Origin: Octopus vulgaris
Lineage: Eukaryota
Length of the DNA stretch: 64,000 bases
Direction of reading: 5' to 3'
NCBI GenBank assembly: GCA_951406725.2
Contig: OX597833.1
Coordinates: forward strand, 37,758,001-37,822,000
In this document: positions 38,906 to 52,949 of the stretch, in pieces
Numbering within the stretch: position 1 is the stretch's first letter
Layout: every line of letters starts with the position of its first letter
Made by a program: the position numbers and the translations under genes
The notes under the pieces: generated by a model
Databases searched by the model: none
Told to the model about the DNA's origin: nothing
What the model saw: only the letters and a program-made list of their open reading frames with translations

Positions 38906-39691
38906 ATTATTATTATAATTATTAATGAGTGAGAGAGCAGTGCATGCCATCAAAGTGACACTGGGGTACAAATATACAAATCCCAATATACCCATCGTGA
39001 CTACCCATCTGACAAGGGTACACCAGACACATGCATCACATCCATATGTGCATGACATAGTGATTTCATTTCAAGATGAACAGTGTGTGACTTTGCAAGT
39101 GGGGCCCAGTTGCAATCCCACTCAAAAGGTCCCTGAATAAGTTTTGTTTAAGGATGTTGAATGAAACACCCATGTTTCCAGGTGTGAATTATTCAAACCC
39201 TAAAGAGTTCCTCTCAACACATGGCTATGATGCTCCCCCACTACCTCTGCTCATGATCAGAGATGCACATATCGTCAGCCATAAAGGGACATGCTAAACT
39301 GGTTAAGGTCAAACATCTGACAAGCAAATCTGTGGTACTGAGCAGAATATTTACTGTAGCCCATCTTTTACACCAAGACAAAACACGTATTTGATAACAC
39401 TTCTAATCAGTTAAGCTCAAAAGCCATGAGAGCCAGTTCCTGGCATTATTATTTAGTATAGTGGATGACAAAATTGATAGTGTGCTTGATAAATTATATA
39501 ACTTGTATAATTACAATTATATTTTGTAAGCGGGAGCTGAATAAGATCAAAGATCCACATGATATAATTCAGGTGGAAAATTCAGTAAGCCCAATGCTGA
39601 CATCAGCTTGATATGACTGCCTTTGGTAAAAGAAAATATAAACATAAAATGTCCCATTGAATTAGTGGCATAGAGCATTAGTAGTCATAAA

Positions 39692-40067
39692 TCTCTCTAT
39701 ATATAAACGGCAGTTTGTCTGTGTGTGTTTCTGTGTGTCTGTTTGGTTGTACCCTCACTCTGACCACGGCTTTCAACTGATTCTGATGAAACTTGACACA
39801 CACATAGCCCAATGTCATAATTCAAAACTAACGCAGCGAAAATTTTGAAAAGTTCCCCCAGTTCTGAAAAAGATCGATAAATTCGACATGGGGTCGACAA
39901 TCAGAAACACAAACCACAGATGGTCTAGGGGACGCAACTCGATCTTTTTAACTATCAAAAAAAAATTTACCATCATTTTTTTCCCCATTTTTTGGCTATT
40001 TTTTGGCTATAACTCTCTAAAAATGCTTTATAGTTATTTCCCTTACAAACCCGGGCGATACTGCTAG
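39692..40067 (+). mobile_element. Non-autonomous Helitron
   Basis: A|TC 5' end (tctctctatatataaa) and 3' end ...cccgggcgatactgCTAG|T. AT target, no TSD, internal (GTCT/GT)n. Confidence 0.75.
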
Positions 40068-41326
40068 TAAGAAATAAAACGGATTCTAGTTGTTCTCACC
40101 CAGTCTGATATTCTGCAAAGAATAAAAACTGATGATAAACAAAGACCAAACTGATTGAAATGTAGGCTAGCTGTAAATATTAAAATTGTTTACTTCACTC
40201 TGAAGATGAGGTGAATAATGAAAAAAAAAATCATAATTGTATTAATAATTCATCTTCAGCATTTAAACTGGCCATATCAGACTGACATATACTACTAATT
40301 ACATGTTCAAACTGACCAGATCCAGCCTCTCACATTTACCTTACAATGCCATTCGAAAATTAAACTATCACATCATTGAAATCTCAAAGCTTGAGATAAT
40401 GCATGATTCATTCAAAACAATATGAATAAAAGAGCACTACATTTGACAGAGTAATCTGAATGCTAAACGATTAATCAACTTGAGTTTCTCTCACACACAC
40501 ATACACACAAATAATGAAATATACTAAGGTTTACCATCATATAAGTCTAAATTCAATGTTAATGATTTTATCAGTTATAAAATTATTCTCAAGACCATTT
40601 TCAACTTAATACAGAACACACACAGACTACATGCTATTACAACAGTTCATTTTGAATATGAAATTGTTGAAGTCTCCAAATGCCAGACTAATAAATTTAT
40701 TCCAAACCAAACATATAGGACCAATAATGAAATAAGAAAAACCCTTAATAAAAGAGATTAAGAATGAACATAGTAATGTCTTTCATATAACATTTGAAAG
40801 GAAAGCTGTTTTCTTTTTACACCATTAATACCAAAGTGTCATTCATACTTTGAATTCTGGTTGAAAAGATGCTAATATTGGTTAGTAGCAAACGTTTGTT
40901 ACTAGGGAAATAATGAAAATTCTATCAAAAGTGAATTGATTGTATACCTTTCCGCATTTGGGTACACATTCTTTCAGTTCATTTCTAGTGAGAGAGAGAG
41001 AGAGAAAGAAAGAGAGAGAAGGGGGAGAGAGAGAGTGAGTGTGTGTGTGTATGTGTTGGGTTTGTTACCTCCACATGCTAAAAGAAACTAGATTTCTTAT
41101 ACCAAGGGATGATAAACAATCTGAAAAGCATGACTGTGGAATTAATGGTAGCCCACATGATAAGTTAACATAATCTATAGTAATGGTAAAAGGATTTTTG
41201 ACTCACCCTGTATACATAATATAATATAAGTGTTTGTGTATTTGATGGAACATGGGAGAAATAGAACTCACTACATGAGTATATATACTTTTTTCATTTA
41301 AGTGTGTTAATGTGTGTGTGTGTGTG

Positions 41327-41372
<46 letters not shown>

Positions 41373-41799
41373 TGTATGTATACGTATGGTGAGTGTGGGT
41401 GTATTTGTGCAGTTATATAAACTTTGTGATTCTATTTATTCTGCCGTTAACTATTCTCATCATCATCATCATCATCCACATTTAACATCTGTTATTCCAT
41501 GTTGGTATGGGTTGTATGGCTTGACAAAAACTGGCATAATCTGTTTTGGCTTGGTTCCTGTGGCTGGATGCCCTTCCTAATGCCAACAACTTTACAGAGT
41601 GTACTTGGTGTTTTTTTTACATGGCACCATCACCAGTGCTTTTTACATGGCACCAGCACCAGTGTTTTTTATGTGGCACCAGCACCCACACCAATGCTTT
41701 TTACATGGCACATTGGTTTTAGGATCTCAATTCTGTTGTGGTGGGCAGATCTTCTTGAGTACAGCAATGCGTCACGTATCTCAGTCAATTTCTAACATA

Positions 41800-44500
41800 A
41801 GCATAGAGACAGAAAATTTATTGTGGGGCAAGGGAACAACTGATTATAGTCACTTCAGTAATTAATATTACCTGGCACTTAATATTACCAACTCCAGAAG
41901 AATGTAAAGCAAAAATCAACTCTGGTGAAATGTTTTCCAGGACTCTACTCATTTTGCTGCCACACTCAATAATAATTACTTTTAACAAGGCCAGAAATTT
42001 AGGGAAAAAATTACTTGATTAAATCAACCTTGTAAAGGAACAGTAATTAACTAATGAAAGGCATTTGGTCAGATACTCTAACATTTCTGCCAATCCACTG
42101 CCCTTAATCATAACAATTGGAAAAATTGGAAAATTTATTTCTAACTTTGGCACAAGATCACAAATGTCAACCTAATCAACTTCAGTAACTGGTATTTATT
42201 TTATCAACCTTAAGAGAAATGTCCAATAAAGTTGACTTTGGTGAGATTTTAACTCCTAACAAAAAGGGATGTAACTCAATAACCCACACCATGTACTCCT
42301 TGTAATATTCAGCTTCACTGCCTTAATAATGATAATGATGTGTGTGTGTGTGTGTGTTTTCTAACAATTCTGCTAGCCTACTATAATAACAATAATAACC
42401 CTTTCTGCTATGGGAACAAGCCCTGAAATTTGGGGGAGGGGATAGTCAATTACATCAACCCCAGTAGTGAACTGGTACTTATTTCATCAACCCTGAAAGG
42501 ATGAAAGGGAAAGGCGACCTTGGTGGAATTTGAACTTAGAATATAGCAGACAAAATACCGCTAAGCATTTCATCCAGCACACTAATGATTCTGTTTGCTC
42601 GCCACCTAGTAACAACAATAATAATAATCCTTTCTACTATAGACACAAGACCTGAAATTTGGGGGAGGGCTATAATTGATTACATAAATCCCAATACTTG
42701 ACTGGTACTTAATTTATCAACCCTGAAAGGATGCAAGGCAAAATCGACCTCGGTGGATTTGAACTCAGAATGTACAGAAAACTTGTTTACTTAGATCAGC
42801 AAGAAATACTTGAAGAGTCCTCAGTACAAAGTAAGGATAGATATGAATAACATGAAAGGGCCTTAATACAAGTAGGAATAAAAACCCTTCTCATCCAAAA
42901 CCACCAAGTGTGGTCTGAGAGGAAGTGTAATTAAATTAGTTACAACATTAAGAGGATATAATAATAAAAAAAATAATAATGATTGTTTCTAGCATGGGTA
43001 CAAGGTTTCAATTTTGAGTGAGGGGTTTAGTCAATATTATAGGGCTCAGTACTTGACTGGTACTTTATTTTATTGACTTGGGAGGGATGAAAGGCAAAGT
43101 TGACCTCAGAGGGTGTTGAACTCAGAATGTAAAGTGTTGGGAATATTAATAAGCGCTTCATTTATTTGCTGCCAGGACCCATTCATATATACAATATACT
43201 AGTTACAAAGAGGATACAAAAAACATGGGTGGGGATGTACAACAAAATTATAAAGGGAAAGAAATGTTACACAATATATTGGGACATATTGAAAATTTTA
43301 AAATAATACATATAAATTACACAAAATAATTTGATGATTATATAATACAAAGATAAATTTTTTAAAATTGAAACAATTATTTTTAACTGAGGTACAAAGC
43401 CATGAAGTTTTGAACAGAAGTATATCAAATGAACTTTCAAGGATGAAAGGCAATGTTGACTCTACAGGATTCGAATGGAGATAACTAAGTGCCACACAGC
43501 ATTTTATCTGCTGCTCAACCTATCCTGCTTTAACAGTAAAAGCAACAATAATAATTGTTTCTAACATAGGCACAAGGCCTGAAATTTGAGGGGAAGAGGG
43601 TTAGCTGATTAAACTGAGCCCAGTACTAGATTGATACTTTATTCTGTCAAAACCTGAAGGACAAAAGGCAAAGCTGAACTTGACAGGTGATTTGAACTCA
43701 GAATGAAAAGAGCTAGTAACAAATACCACAAAGCATTTTAATCAATGCTTTAATGATTCTGGGAATCCATTGCCAAAACATAAAATAATATTAATTCTTT
43801 CTAATTATAATGATAGTTTCAAATTTTGGCACAAGACCAGCAAGTTTAGGAGATGGGACGGGACTAGTCAATTACATCAACCCCAGTGCTCAACTGGTAC
43901 ATATTTTATCGACCCTGAAAAGATGAAAAGCAAAGTCAACCTTGGCAGAATTTGAACTCAGAATATGAAGACAAACAAAATGCTACTAAGCATTTTACCC
44001 GGCATGCTAATGATTCTGCTAACTCACCGCCTAATAATTAAAAAAATAATAACTCTTTCTAATTTTGGTACAAAGCCAGCAATTTTAGGAGGAGAGGGTT
44101 AGTTCATTACATCAACTCCAGTTCTCAATTGGTACTTTATTTTATCGACCCCAAAATGATGAAAGGCAAACTTGGCCTTGGCAGGATTTGAACTCAGAAT
44201 GAAAAGAACCAAAAGAAAGGTCATTAAACATCTTTTGCAACACACTAACGATCCTGCCAGCTAGCTGCCATAATAATAATAATCCTTCCTACTATAGGAA
44301 CAAGGCCTGGAATTTTGGTGGGAGGAGCTAGTTGATTACATTGGTCCTACTGCTTAACCGATACTTATTTTATTGACCCCTCAAAGGATGAAAGACAATG
44401 TCCACCTCAATGGAATTTGAACTCAGAACATAAAAGCCAGAAAAAATGCCACTAAGCATTTTGTTCAGCACAGTAACAATTTTTCCAGCTTAATAATAAC
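41800..44500 (-). mobile_element. Head-to-tail array of ~10 Nin/Deu-domain-like SINEs separated by (AAT)n
   Basis: actggtact...gaaaggatgaaaggcaaa...gaatttgaactcagaa repeats roughly every 230 bp. Confidence 0.8.
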
Positions 44501-46439
44501 ATCAGCAACAGTAATGATAAATTCTCTATTCAGTTCTAGAAACTTTGATAAATTTTTTTTTGTTTTTGTAAATTAACAATTGTTTTCTTACATAAGTAAC
44601 AACTGTTTCAGTAGTATAATTATTTTAAAGTATTTCAATACTAAATTAGATTGTTTCTTTAACTTCATATTATCAATGGTAAAGCAAGTCAGTGACCAGA
44701 GTGATCTATAGAAACACTGCTAGCGAGCAGCCTAAATTTAGATTTAACAAGTTTTAGAGTAAGAACTTTTGTTATCTCATATGCCTCTCTTCTTAACACT
44801 TTTTAGCCTTGTTGTCTGCACATCTTGGTTATACTTATAAGAGGCACAGCTATACATTTTCATCAAGTCCACTCACATCAGACTTTCTTCTACACACATA
44901 GTGATAAACTTTGACTAAGATATGAGCTCAAAGACAATTTATCAAATCCTAGCAACTGAAGAAAAATTGTATGAACCATAAAGTAGTATTTTCAGTACTC
45001 TGAAGTACTGTTCATTCACTATATTTTACATCTGAAGAGCTCACAGATTAAAATACTGGGTCAAAAAACTTGAAATTATTTTTTTAAGACACCTTTTAAG
45101 CCACACAGGAGCTTCTGTATTCCTTTGCCTAACATCTTGTGCTGATCACCAAGGTTTGCTGGTGATAGACACTTTTAGGACTACTTTTGACCCGACATCA
45201 TACATTGGTAATATTCACGACAAATGGAAACTAATACTTTTCAAGCAAATAATCTTTTCATATTCCCCACTCACAATGCATAGCTGTCTACTTGAAGATT
45301 TTTAATCCGGAGTTCAGGTTTCAGAGTTGGCTGTACCTAAATGAACTTTTGATCTAGGGAAGTCAACTCTGAGCAACTACTTGTAATAACCATTTTTCTA
45401 TCATAGCCAAAATTATTTTCTAGATGAAGTACAACTGCCAAATGGCAGCAAATTTTAGATATGAAGGTGTTTACTATATCAGCCCCAAAAAGGGAGGGAT
45501 CTTTTGGATTATTGGATATTATATACAAATATTTAAACAATTCTTGTCTTCATCCATTCACCTTCCATAAAAAAAAACATCCATGAAAAAATATTAATAA
45601 ATAGAAAATACAAAAATTTTTTTAATTGTATTTTTTCTTTGCATTATTTTGTTATTTGTGTCTTTTGAAATTTTGCTTTACATTGGTGTTTGCAAGACAC
45701 AGTTGTTACATGGAATGATAATTTAAGAAACATGAGGGTTATAGTATTGTAGTAAAAGTCATATTGCAAGTTGACTAGAATATTCATAAGAAAAAACTGA
45801 ACATGCTGGGGGTTTTTTTGTTTTTGTTTTATAAACAAAACTTCATTAAAAGGAAAATATTAATAAGTCAGTCATTAATAATGGCTGTATCTACTTTTGA
45901 TCTTCTCACCACATAGATTGTTTTTTTTTTCCAGAAATAAATTAATGGTTTTTGATATTTTATTAATAGTGTTAGAACTTATGTTTTCAAGACAAATACG
46001 CTTGTTCAAATTTGAGAACTTTATTTTATTGATAAATACAATAATATATGAATATGTGCAATGTTTTAAAGATGGTGTGAAAAAATGATTGCATAGAAAT
46101 GAAAAGAACACAGTATTGCAACGTTAATGTTTTAATGTCTTGTTCTAAAAATTACAACTGAGATTGGTGTTACTTCACTGTTATTTATATATATACTCTC
46201 TTGGAAGAAATCCTTGTTAATATTATTAGACATTTCTCTGTTATCTTTTATCAACAGCTTCACCCTCATTCCAATTTTTGATATTTTTATTTTCATTTAT
46301 TTTGAATTTTTTTTATCTATTTTGATAGATTAATTAGTTTTACAGCTGGACGGCCTTCCTGTGAGTGTACCATAAGGTAAGGGTGAGATTTGATGTCAGT
46401 CAGTCAGTCAGAGTTGAGTAAGCAAATAAAACCAGAATT

Positions 46440-46945
46440 TAACCCTTTGGCATTCAAATTATTCTATCAAAAATAAATAAATAAGTGCTCCAGCATGGCC
46501 ACAGTCAAATGACTGAAACCAGTAAAATGAATAAAAGAATTCACATTGTTTTGAATTTATCCTGCATCATCTTGTAGCATTGAGATTTCAATTATGGGAC
46601 TGCATATTTTTTAGACTAACACTGGAGGTTAGGTGTGAGAAGCTGGATCTGGCCACTCTAAACATAAAGCAGGAAAAATATTTTGGCCAGATATGGCTAG
46701 TTTAAATGCTAAAAGGTTAACCTTTTGGCATTCAGATTTCTCTGTCAAATGTAAAGCTTATTTATTCACATTGTTTTGAATTAATCATGCATAATCTCAA
46801 AGCTTCAAAATTATAATGATAGGATTGTTTATTTTTAGAATAATATATTGTAGGGTAGGTGTGAGAAGCCAGATCTGGCCAGTTTGAGCATAGAACAAAT
46901 AGAATATTTTGGCCAGATATGGTCAGTTTAAATGCTAAAGGGTTA
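46440..46945 (+). mobile_element. Two tandem piggyBac-type MITEs (family B) sharing a TTAA
   Basis: ttaaccct(t)ttggcatt ... aatgctaaa(a/g)ggttaa occurs twice. Other copies at ~4285-4470, 26556-26780, 31670-32600 and 40255-40472. Confidence 0.75.
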
Positions 46946-48025
46946 AAGAAGCTACAGATGGTCAACATTGGTAAAGAAAAAAGAAGGTTGATGGAGTTCA
47001 CTAATATGAACAAGTTTGTATCTTTTAGGAAGACATGAGTTCTAACACTTGGAACATGGCCCCTTTTTTTAGAGAGAAAAATGAAACTGTACTGCTCCCT
47101 ACAACTAAATGAGCTAAAACTGATGTAAAATTTCAACAGATCTTCCTTGATAAATTTTGTTTGGCACTGTAATATGTCCTAGTTATGTCAATATTAGAGC
47201 GTCTATTTTTTATTGGGTTCAAAACCTAGAATAGCAGTCTCAAGCAAAATCATCTGGAAATAACTGTACACACTTACATACACACAGACACACATATGAG
47301 AGAGAGAGAAGTTTCTTCATTGGTCAAATGGACACAATTTGTCTATAGACACATTTTGATCAACAAGGAAGCAATTATGTGGTCAATCAGCCTTCTAGAA
47401 ATAGTAGCCAATTCTCCCTCAAACCACTCCTACCACCTTAAGAAGAGACATATTAGATGATGTAGTCCAGAATACACTATACCTGAACAAAAGACAGGAT
47501 GGTCATGGAAGGAATACCTCTGACCATAAGTCTGCTCAATCAGAACCATTTAGGGACTGATCAACAACAGCAACAATAGATTTAATACATACATAGAAAG
47601 ATCAATATAACAGCTAATATTTGTTTCAAATCCCAAGAAATCGTGTGACCCAAAACTGAAATATTGTTTGAAACCCAACCCACAATTGAGAAGATTTCTG
47701 TAAACTTAATCAAATGTAAGATCTTTGTGTCTAAAAAAAGACACAAATCAGAATAAAAAGAATATTTTACAACTGAAAATAAAAATTTCATAAATACATA
47801 TCAAAAATAAGAATTTTCTTTTACACATAACATAAGGAGACTGTTTCCCTTGAAAAGGACCTTAATAAATTAAGGTTCCTTTCAAACACAACCCATGACA
47901 GGCAGCTATTTTGGATAAAACCCAAGTAGAAAAGTTACTTTAAAGACCCCAAGTTCTTTTCAAAAACTCAATGCATATATAAAAGTTCTCACTAGATACA
48001 ACCAAAATAAAGAAGTTCCCTTTAA

Positions 48026-48246
48026 CCCTTTCGTTACCAACCCGGCTGAAACCGGCTCTGGCTCTTTAGTACAAATGTCTTGTTTTCATAAGTTTTGAAT
48101 TCAAATCTTCCACCAAACCTTAGTCACAATTTATGTTCCTAATACTAGCTTAATGATAACGAAGTTAATTCACTAAATTCTTTGTTATATTTAAAATAAT
48201 TGAAAGAAACACAGAGCATCTCAAAATAAATACAGTAACGAAAGGG
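48026..48246 (+). mobile_element. piggyBac-type MITE (family A)
   Basis: TIR ccctttcgttac...gtaacgaaaggg with TTAA on both sides. Near-identical copy at 52728-52949; degenerate copies at ~7390-7540 and ~31440-31660. Confidence 0.88.
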
Positions 48247-50564
48247 TTAAGTAAAATCCAAATTAGAAATAAGAGGGTTCTTTAAGAATATTAAACCTAA
48301 TTTCTATATTTGATAATTGTCATGACATTGTCTCATTCTTTATATATTGAAACACTGCATGACAATGGATGGATTTTTCATTTTGGAGACCAGACAATAC
48401 TTCAGCTATAAATTATAAATTTTTACAAAGCTTAAATATCACATTGTATATCTCCCTTGCCTCTGCTTCTCTCTCCCTAATCACATACACAAGTAAGCTT
48501 TCAACCACAATTTACAAACTATTTCTCCCATAACTGAACTCACTCTCTCTCTCTCTCCCATCTGATCCTCCATTTCACTAAAACTACAAAATCTGATCCT
48601 CTGTTTAATTAAAACTACAAAATTTATAAGCTCCCCACTCTTCATCGCTCATCTAAAGTTAATCAATGCACTCACCTACCAAACCTACATGAACACTTCT
48701 GAGTTGCCCCAACATCCACATTCTGTAACCATTCAGTTGTAGTGTCATTAATTCAGTTTGCAGGGGTCACATCACTTTATCCCACTTTGGTGACCACGAT
48801 TACAGAAAACACAACAAATTGTGATTTTAACAAAACATTTACAAAGAGAGAGAGAGAGAAAACAGCTTATTTATAAATGCTTTATTTTCCTTAATCATAT
48901 TTATCAAATACTTTTAATCTTTTGCTTGTTTCAGTCATTTGACTGCGGCCATGCCGGAGCACTGACTTTAGTTGAACAAATCAACTCCAGGGCTTATTCT
49001 TTGTAAGCCTAGTATTTATTCTATCATTCTCTTTTACCAAACTGCTAGTAAATACACCAACATTGGTTGTCAAGCAATGGTGAGGAGACAAACACGGACA
49101 CACAAATACATGCACACACACACATATACAATGGGCTATTTTCAGTTTCTTATTTCTTTACTGCCCACAAGGAGCTACACACAGAGGGGACAAACAAGGA
49201 CAGACACACGGATTAAGTCAATTAGATCCCCCCCCCCCCCCCCCAGTGCGTAACTGGTACTTAATTTATCAACCCCAAAAGGATGAAAGGCAAAGCTGAC
49301 CTTGGCAGAATTTGAACTCAGAACGCAATGGCAGACGAAATACCGCTAAGCATTTCGCCTGGCGTGCTAACGTTTCTGCCAGTTCACTGCCATTTTCAGT
49401 TTCTGTCACTGAAATCCACTCTCACAGGGCTTTGGTTGGCCCAGAGCTAAGGTAGAATACACTTGCCCAAGGTTCCACACAGTGGAGCTGAACCCAGAAC
49501 CATGTGGTTGGGAAGCAAACTTCTTACCAGACAGCTGCTCCTTTACTTTTCATTTCAAAGTTTCATCATGTGTCCAGACAAGTGCACAGCAACCAAAGTC
49601 TACCGATACCAACAACATTCTTGCAATTCCTTCCTTACCACATGTTTTAGTTTTCTTTCAGTCATCAACTTAGAACAGTTTTAGCTGAACATTAGTTGAA
49701 CTGATTCCAGCCAGTTTTATCCTCTTCAGTGTTAGTTGACCAAAAGTGGAGGAGGTGGGGAGCTGTTTTCCTTTCTTAGTTAAATAAACAAGAGTACAAC
49801 TAGTAAAATTTCCTACAAGAGTAAACTACATTCTATGTAAACTGGTTTCGAATATTGACACAAGACCAGCAATTTCAGTGAAGGGGCTAAGTTGATTATA
49901 TCAACCCCAGTGTTCAACTGGTACTTATTTTATTGACCCTGAAAGGATGAAAGGCAAGGTCGACCCTGGTGGAATGTGAACTCAGAATGTTAAAGATGGA
50001 CAAAATGTCACTAAGCATTCTGCCTGGTGTGCTAACAATTCTGACAGCGTGCTGCCTTGCATTCTATGTATATTATAAGCATGAACATATGATTTTATCG
50101 TGAACATTTTAACATATATGAGTGAGTGTTTATAAATATGTGTTCAACTATGTATGTGTACATGTACACAGATACAGATGCATATGTACATACACATGCA
50201 GACAAATGTATGTATTTATTTACCTATTCAAAGACACATCTTTGAATAACTGAATGAAATCTACCATTCATACAGAGTACTTTTTTCTCATTTCTAAATC
50301 CAAATATGTCTATACACACATACATATACACATGCACACACACATATGTATATTATATATATATACATATATTATATTTATGTATGTGAGTGTGTATCAT
50401 CATCATCATCATCATCATCATCATTTAGCGTCCGCTTTCCATGCTAGCATGGGTTGGACGGTTCAACTAGGGTCTGTGAAGCCAGAAGGCTGCATCAGGC
50501 CCAGTCTGATCTGGCAGTGTTTCTACGGCTGGATGCCCTTCCTAATGCCAGGATGCCCTTCCTA

Positions 50565-50595
<31 letters not shown>

Positions 50596-51789
50596 CACAC
50601 ATTTATACACACACACATATATATATATACACATATATACACACACACACACACATATGCAGACACATCTACACACACACACTCATACATATATCCTTTT
50701 TTAATCACTACTCAAATATGAAATAATGATTTGTAGTAATTTTCAGTTTGCCTCAATGCCATAAAATGGTTGTGTTAATTATTTTAAGCTGTACACTATT
50801 TGAAGCAAACAGTTGAAAAGAGCTGCTAAAATTATATAAAATATATTGTTGGCTGTGTGATAAAAAAACAAATTTTTTTAACGTAGCTGTTCAACTCTTG
50901 CAAAATAAAAAAAATGTGAAGAGTGTGTGATTAAAATATTTGTGCAAGTATTTTTTAGCAACTATATTTATGAATGTTCCCTCTTATTTGGATTTATTTA
51001 TTTTTTTAATATTTGCAATTTTGGACAATGATAAATTTTATCTTATTTTAGTGATTTTGCATTGTCAGAAAATATCTTCTGAAATATATGTGATAATAGG
51101 TTAAGACAAAATTGTCTGGTAACCAACAAGAGGTAAAAGAGAAAAATAAAAAAAAAATGCCTCAAAGCAATCATTGCATGAGTTAGGTAGAAATATTTGA
51201 TTGATCTCAGTGGAGATATATTCTAAAAGAAATATAGTAGAGGAAATGGAAAGGTGACAGCAGCTAAATAGGAGAGAAGACAAGAAAAGCAAAGTTACAA
51301 AAGAGGATTAATGTTAAGGAGATTCTTTTCTTTTCCAGTTCAGTCTCACACTTGACTTCCATATTTCCCTTTGTCTCTCTGGAAGAGATGCTGGCTGCCA
51401 GCTCTCATTTTCTTGAACAAATTACTTGTAAAGCGTGAAATGACAAATTTCAGGCCTTTTCTTAGAATGACAAAAGAACCGCAATCCCTTTTCTGCATTT
51501 TGGACCTGGAGCCAGTGGACTGCAAAAAGAATTGCAGTCTTAATGAGCAGACATTTGAATAAGCAGAAAAGGAAAGTAGCATTAATAGTAAATTCATAAG
51601 AATAGACAGAAAAGAAAATCTCAAAATGTGGTGAAGAAAACGAGTGGTGGCAAATGAGACAGTCACAGAAAATTCTGTAAACTTGAAGGAAGTGAATTTA
51701 TATACAGAAAATATATTTAAATCTGTTTTCTTCAGAGTGGGTACAATGCAAGCCATATAACTACAGCACGATTTATAGCAGCGTAGCCA

Positions 51790-52520
51790 GAAGATAAAAT
51801 ATAGGCATATAGCAGAGTAATTGGGTTAAGAGGTTGGGTAGTGTAAGTTGAACATGGGGCTGTTAATACTGGACATCAGTATAAGCTGAGTAATTCAAAT
51901 ATGATGTATAGTTCAGTGAATTAATACAAGGTGTATAACTGTCTAAGCTGGAAATGGTATAATAGATGTGTAAATTGTGTAAGTTTCACACAGAGTATAA
52001 CAGTGTAAGCTGGATACTGTGAATAGCTATATAAGTTGGACATGGTGTGTAGTAGTGCTAGTTGGACCTGATGCGTAGCTGGGTAAATCAGGACATGGTA
52101 CATAACTAAGTAAAATGAGCATGGTGTATAATTGTGCAAATTAGGACATGGTGTATAACTATGTAAGTCAGGTATGGTATACAGCTGTGTAAATTTAGGC
52201 ATGATGTATAGTTGTGTAAACAAGGCATGATGTGTAACTGTGTAAAAGGAGACAGTGTATAGTTGTGTAAATTAGGACATGGTATATAGCTGTACATTGA
52301 GAGATGGTGTATAATTGTGCAAGTTGGACATGGTGTATAGCTGGGTAAGCTGTTGCAGTGGTGTAATCCAAACAACACATATAGCAATGATGAAGGTTGA
52401 ACAATATATAACATCTGTGTATCTAAAGACAACACATATAGCAGGGCAGCTAAGTTAGAAAACATGTTGCAGCAGTGTAACTTGGAGTAACACATCTAGC
52501 AAGTGTGTAAGTTTATTAAA
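51790..52520. repeat. Old, diverged ~26-bp tandem repeat (consensus ~GTGTAAGTTGGACATGGTGTATAGCT)
   Basis: gtaa...ggacatggtgtata(g/a)(c/t)t recurs with a period of about 26 nt. Confidence 0.8.
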
Positions 52521-52727
52521 ACATGTAAGCAGCCACGGTAGGCATATTGAAGAATAGTTGAATAAGCAGGAGAAAACAAACAAAAAATCAACTGTACAAC
52601 ATTTATGAACATTCTGGAATAGTAGTTTGCAAATATTTTTTTTTTTACTCATAGCACACTTTGACCCTTTAGCATTCAGGTTACTCTGTCAAATTTAATG
52701 CTAATTTATTCACATTGTTTGAATTAA

Positions 52728-52949
52728 CCCCTTTGTTACTAACCAGGCTGAAATCGGCTCTGGCTCTGAGTATAAATGTCTTGTTTTTCATAAGTTTTGA
52801 ATTAAAATCTTCTACCAAACCTTAGTCACAATTTATGTTCCTAGCACTAGCAGAATGATAGATAAATTTAATTTACTAAATTCTTTGTTATATTTAAAGT
52901 AATTGAAAGAAACACAGAACATCTCAAAATAAATACAGTAACGAAAGGG
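52728..52949 (+). mobile_element. piggyBac-type MITE (family A) nested in a family B MITE (~52664-53186)
   Basis: TTAA-flanked, and it interrupts the ccctttagcattcag...tgctaaaggg element. Confidence 0.82.

Noticed and set aside
39780-39800. CTGATGAAAC as a hammerhead core
   Set aside because: There is no room for stem II and no stem I or III. It is internal Helitron sequence.
51921-52495. His/Tyr/Cys-rich ORFs
   Set aside because: By-products of the ~26-bp tandem repeat. The period is not a multiple of 3 and the frames break.
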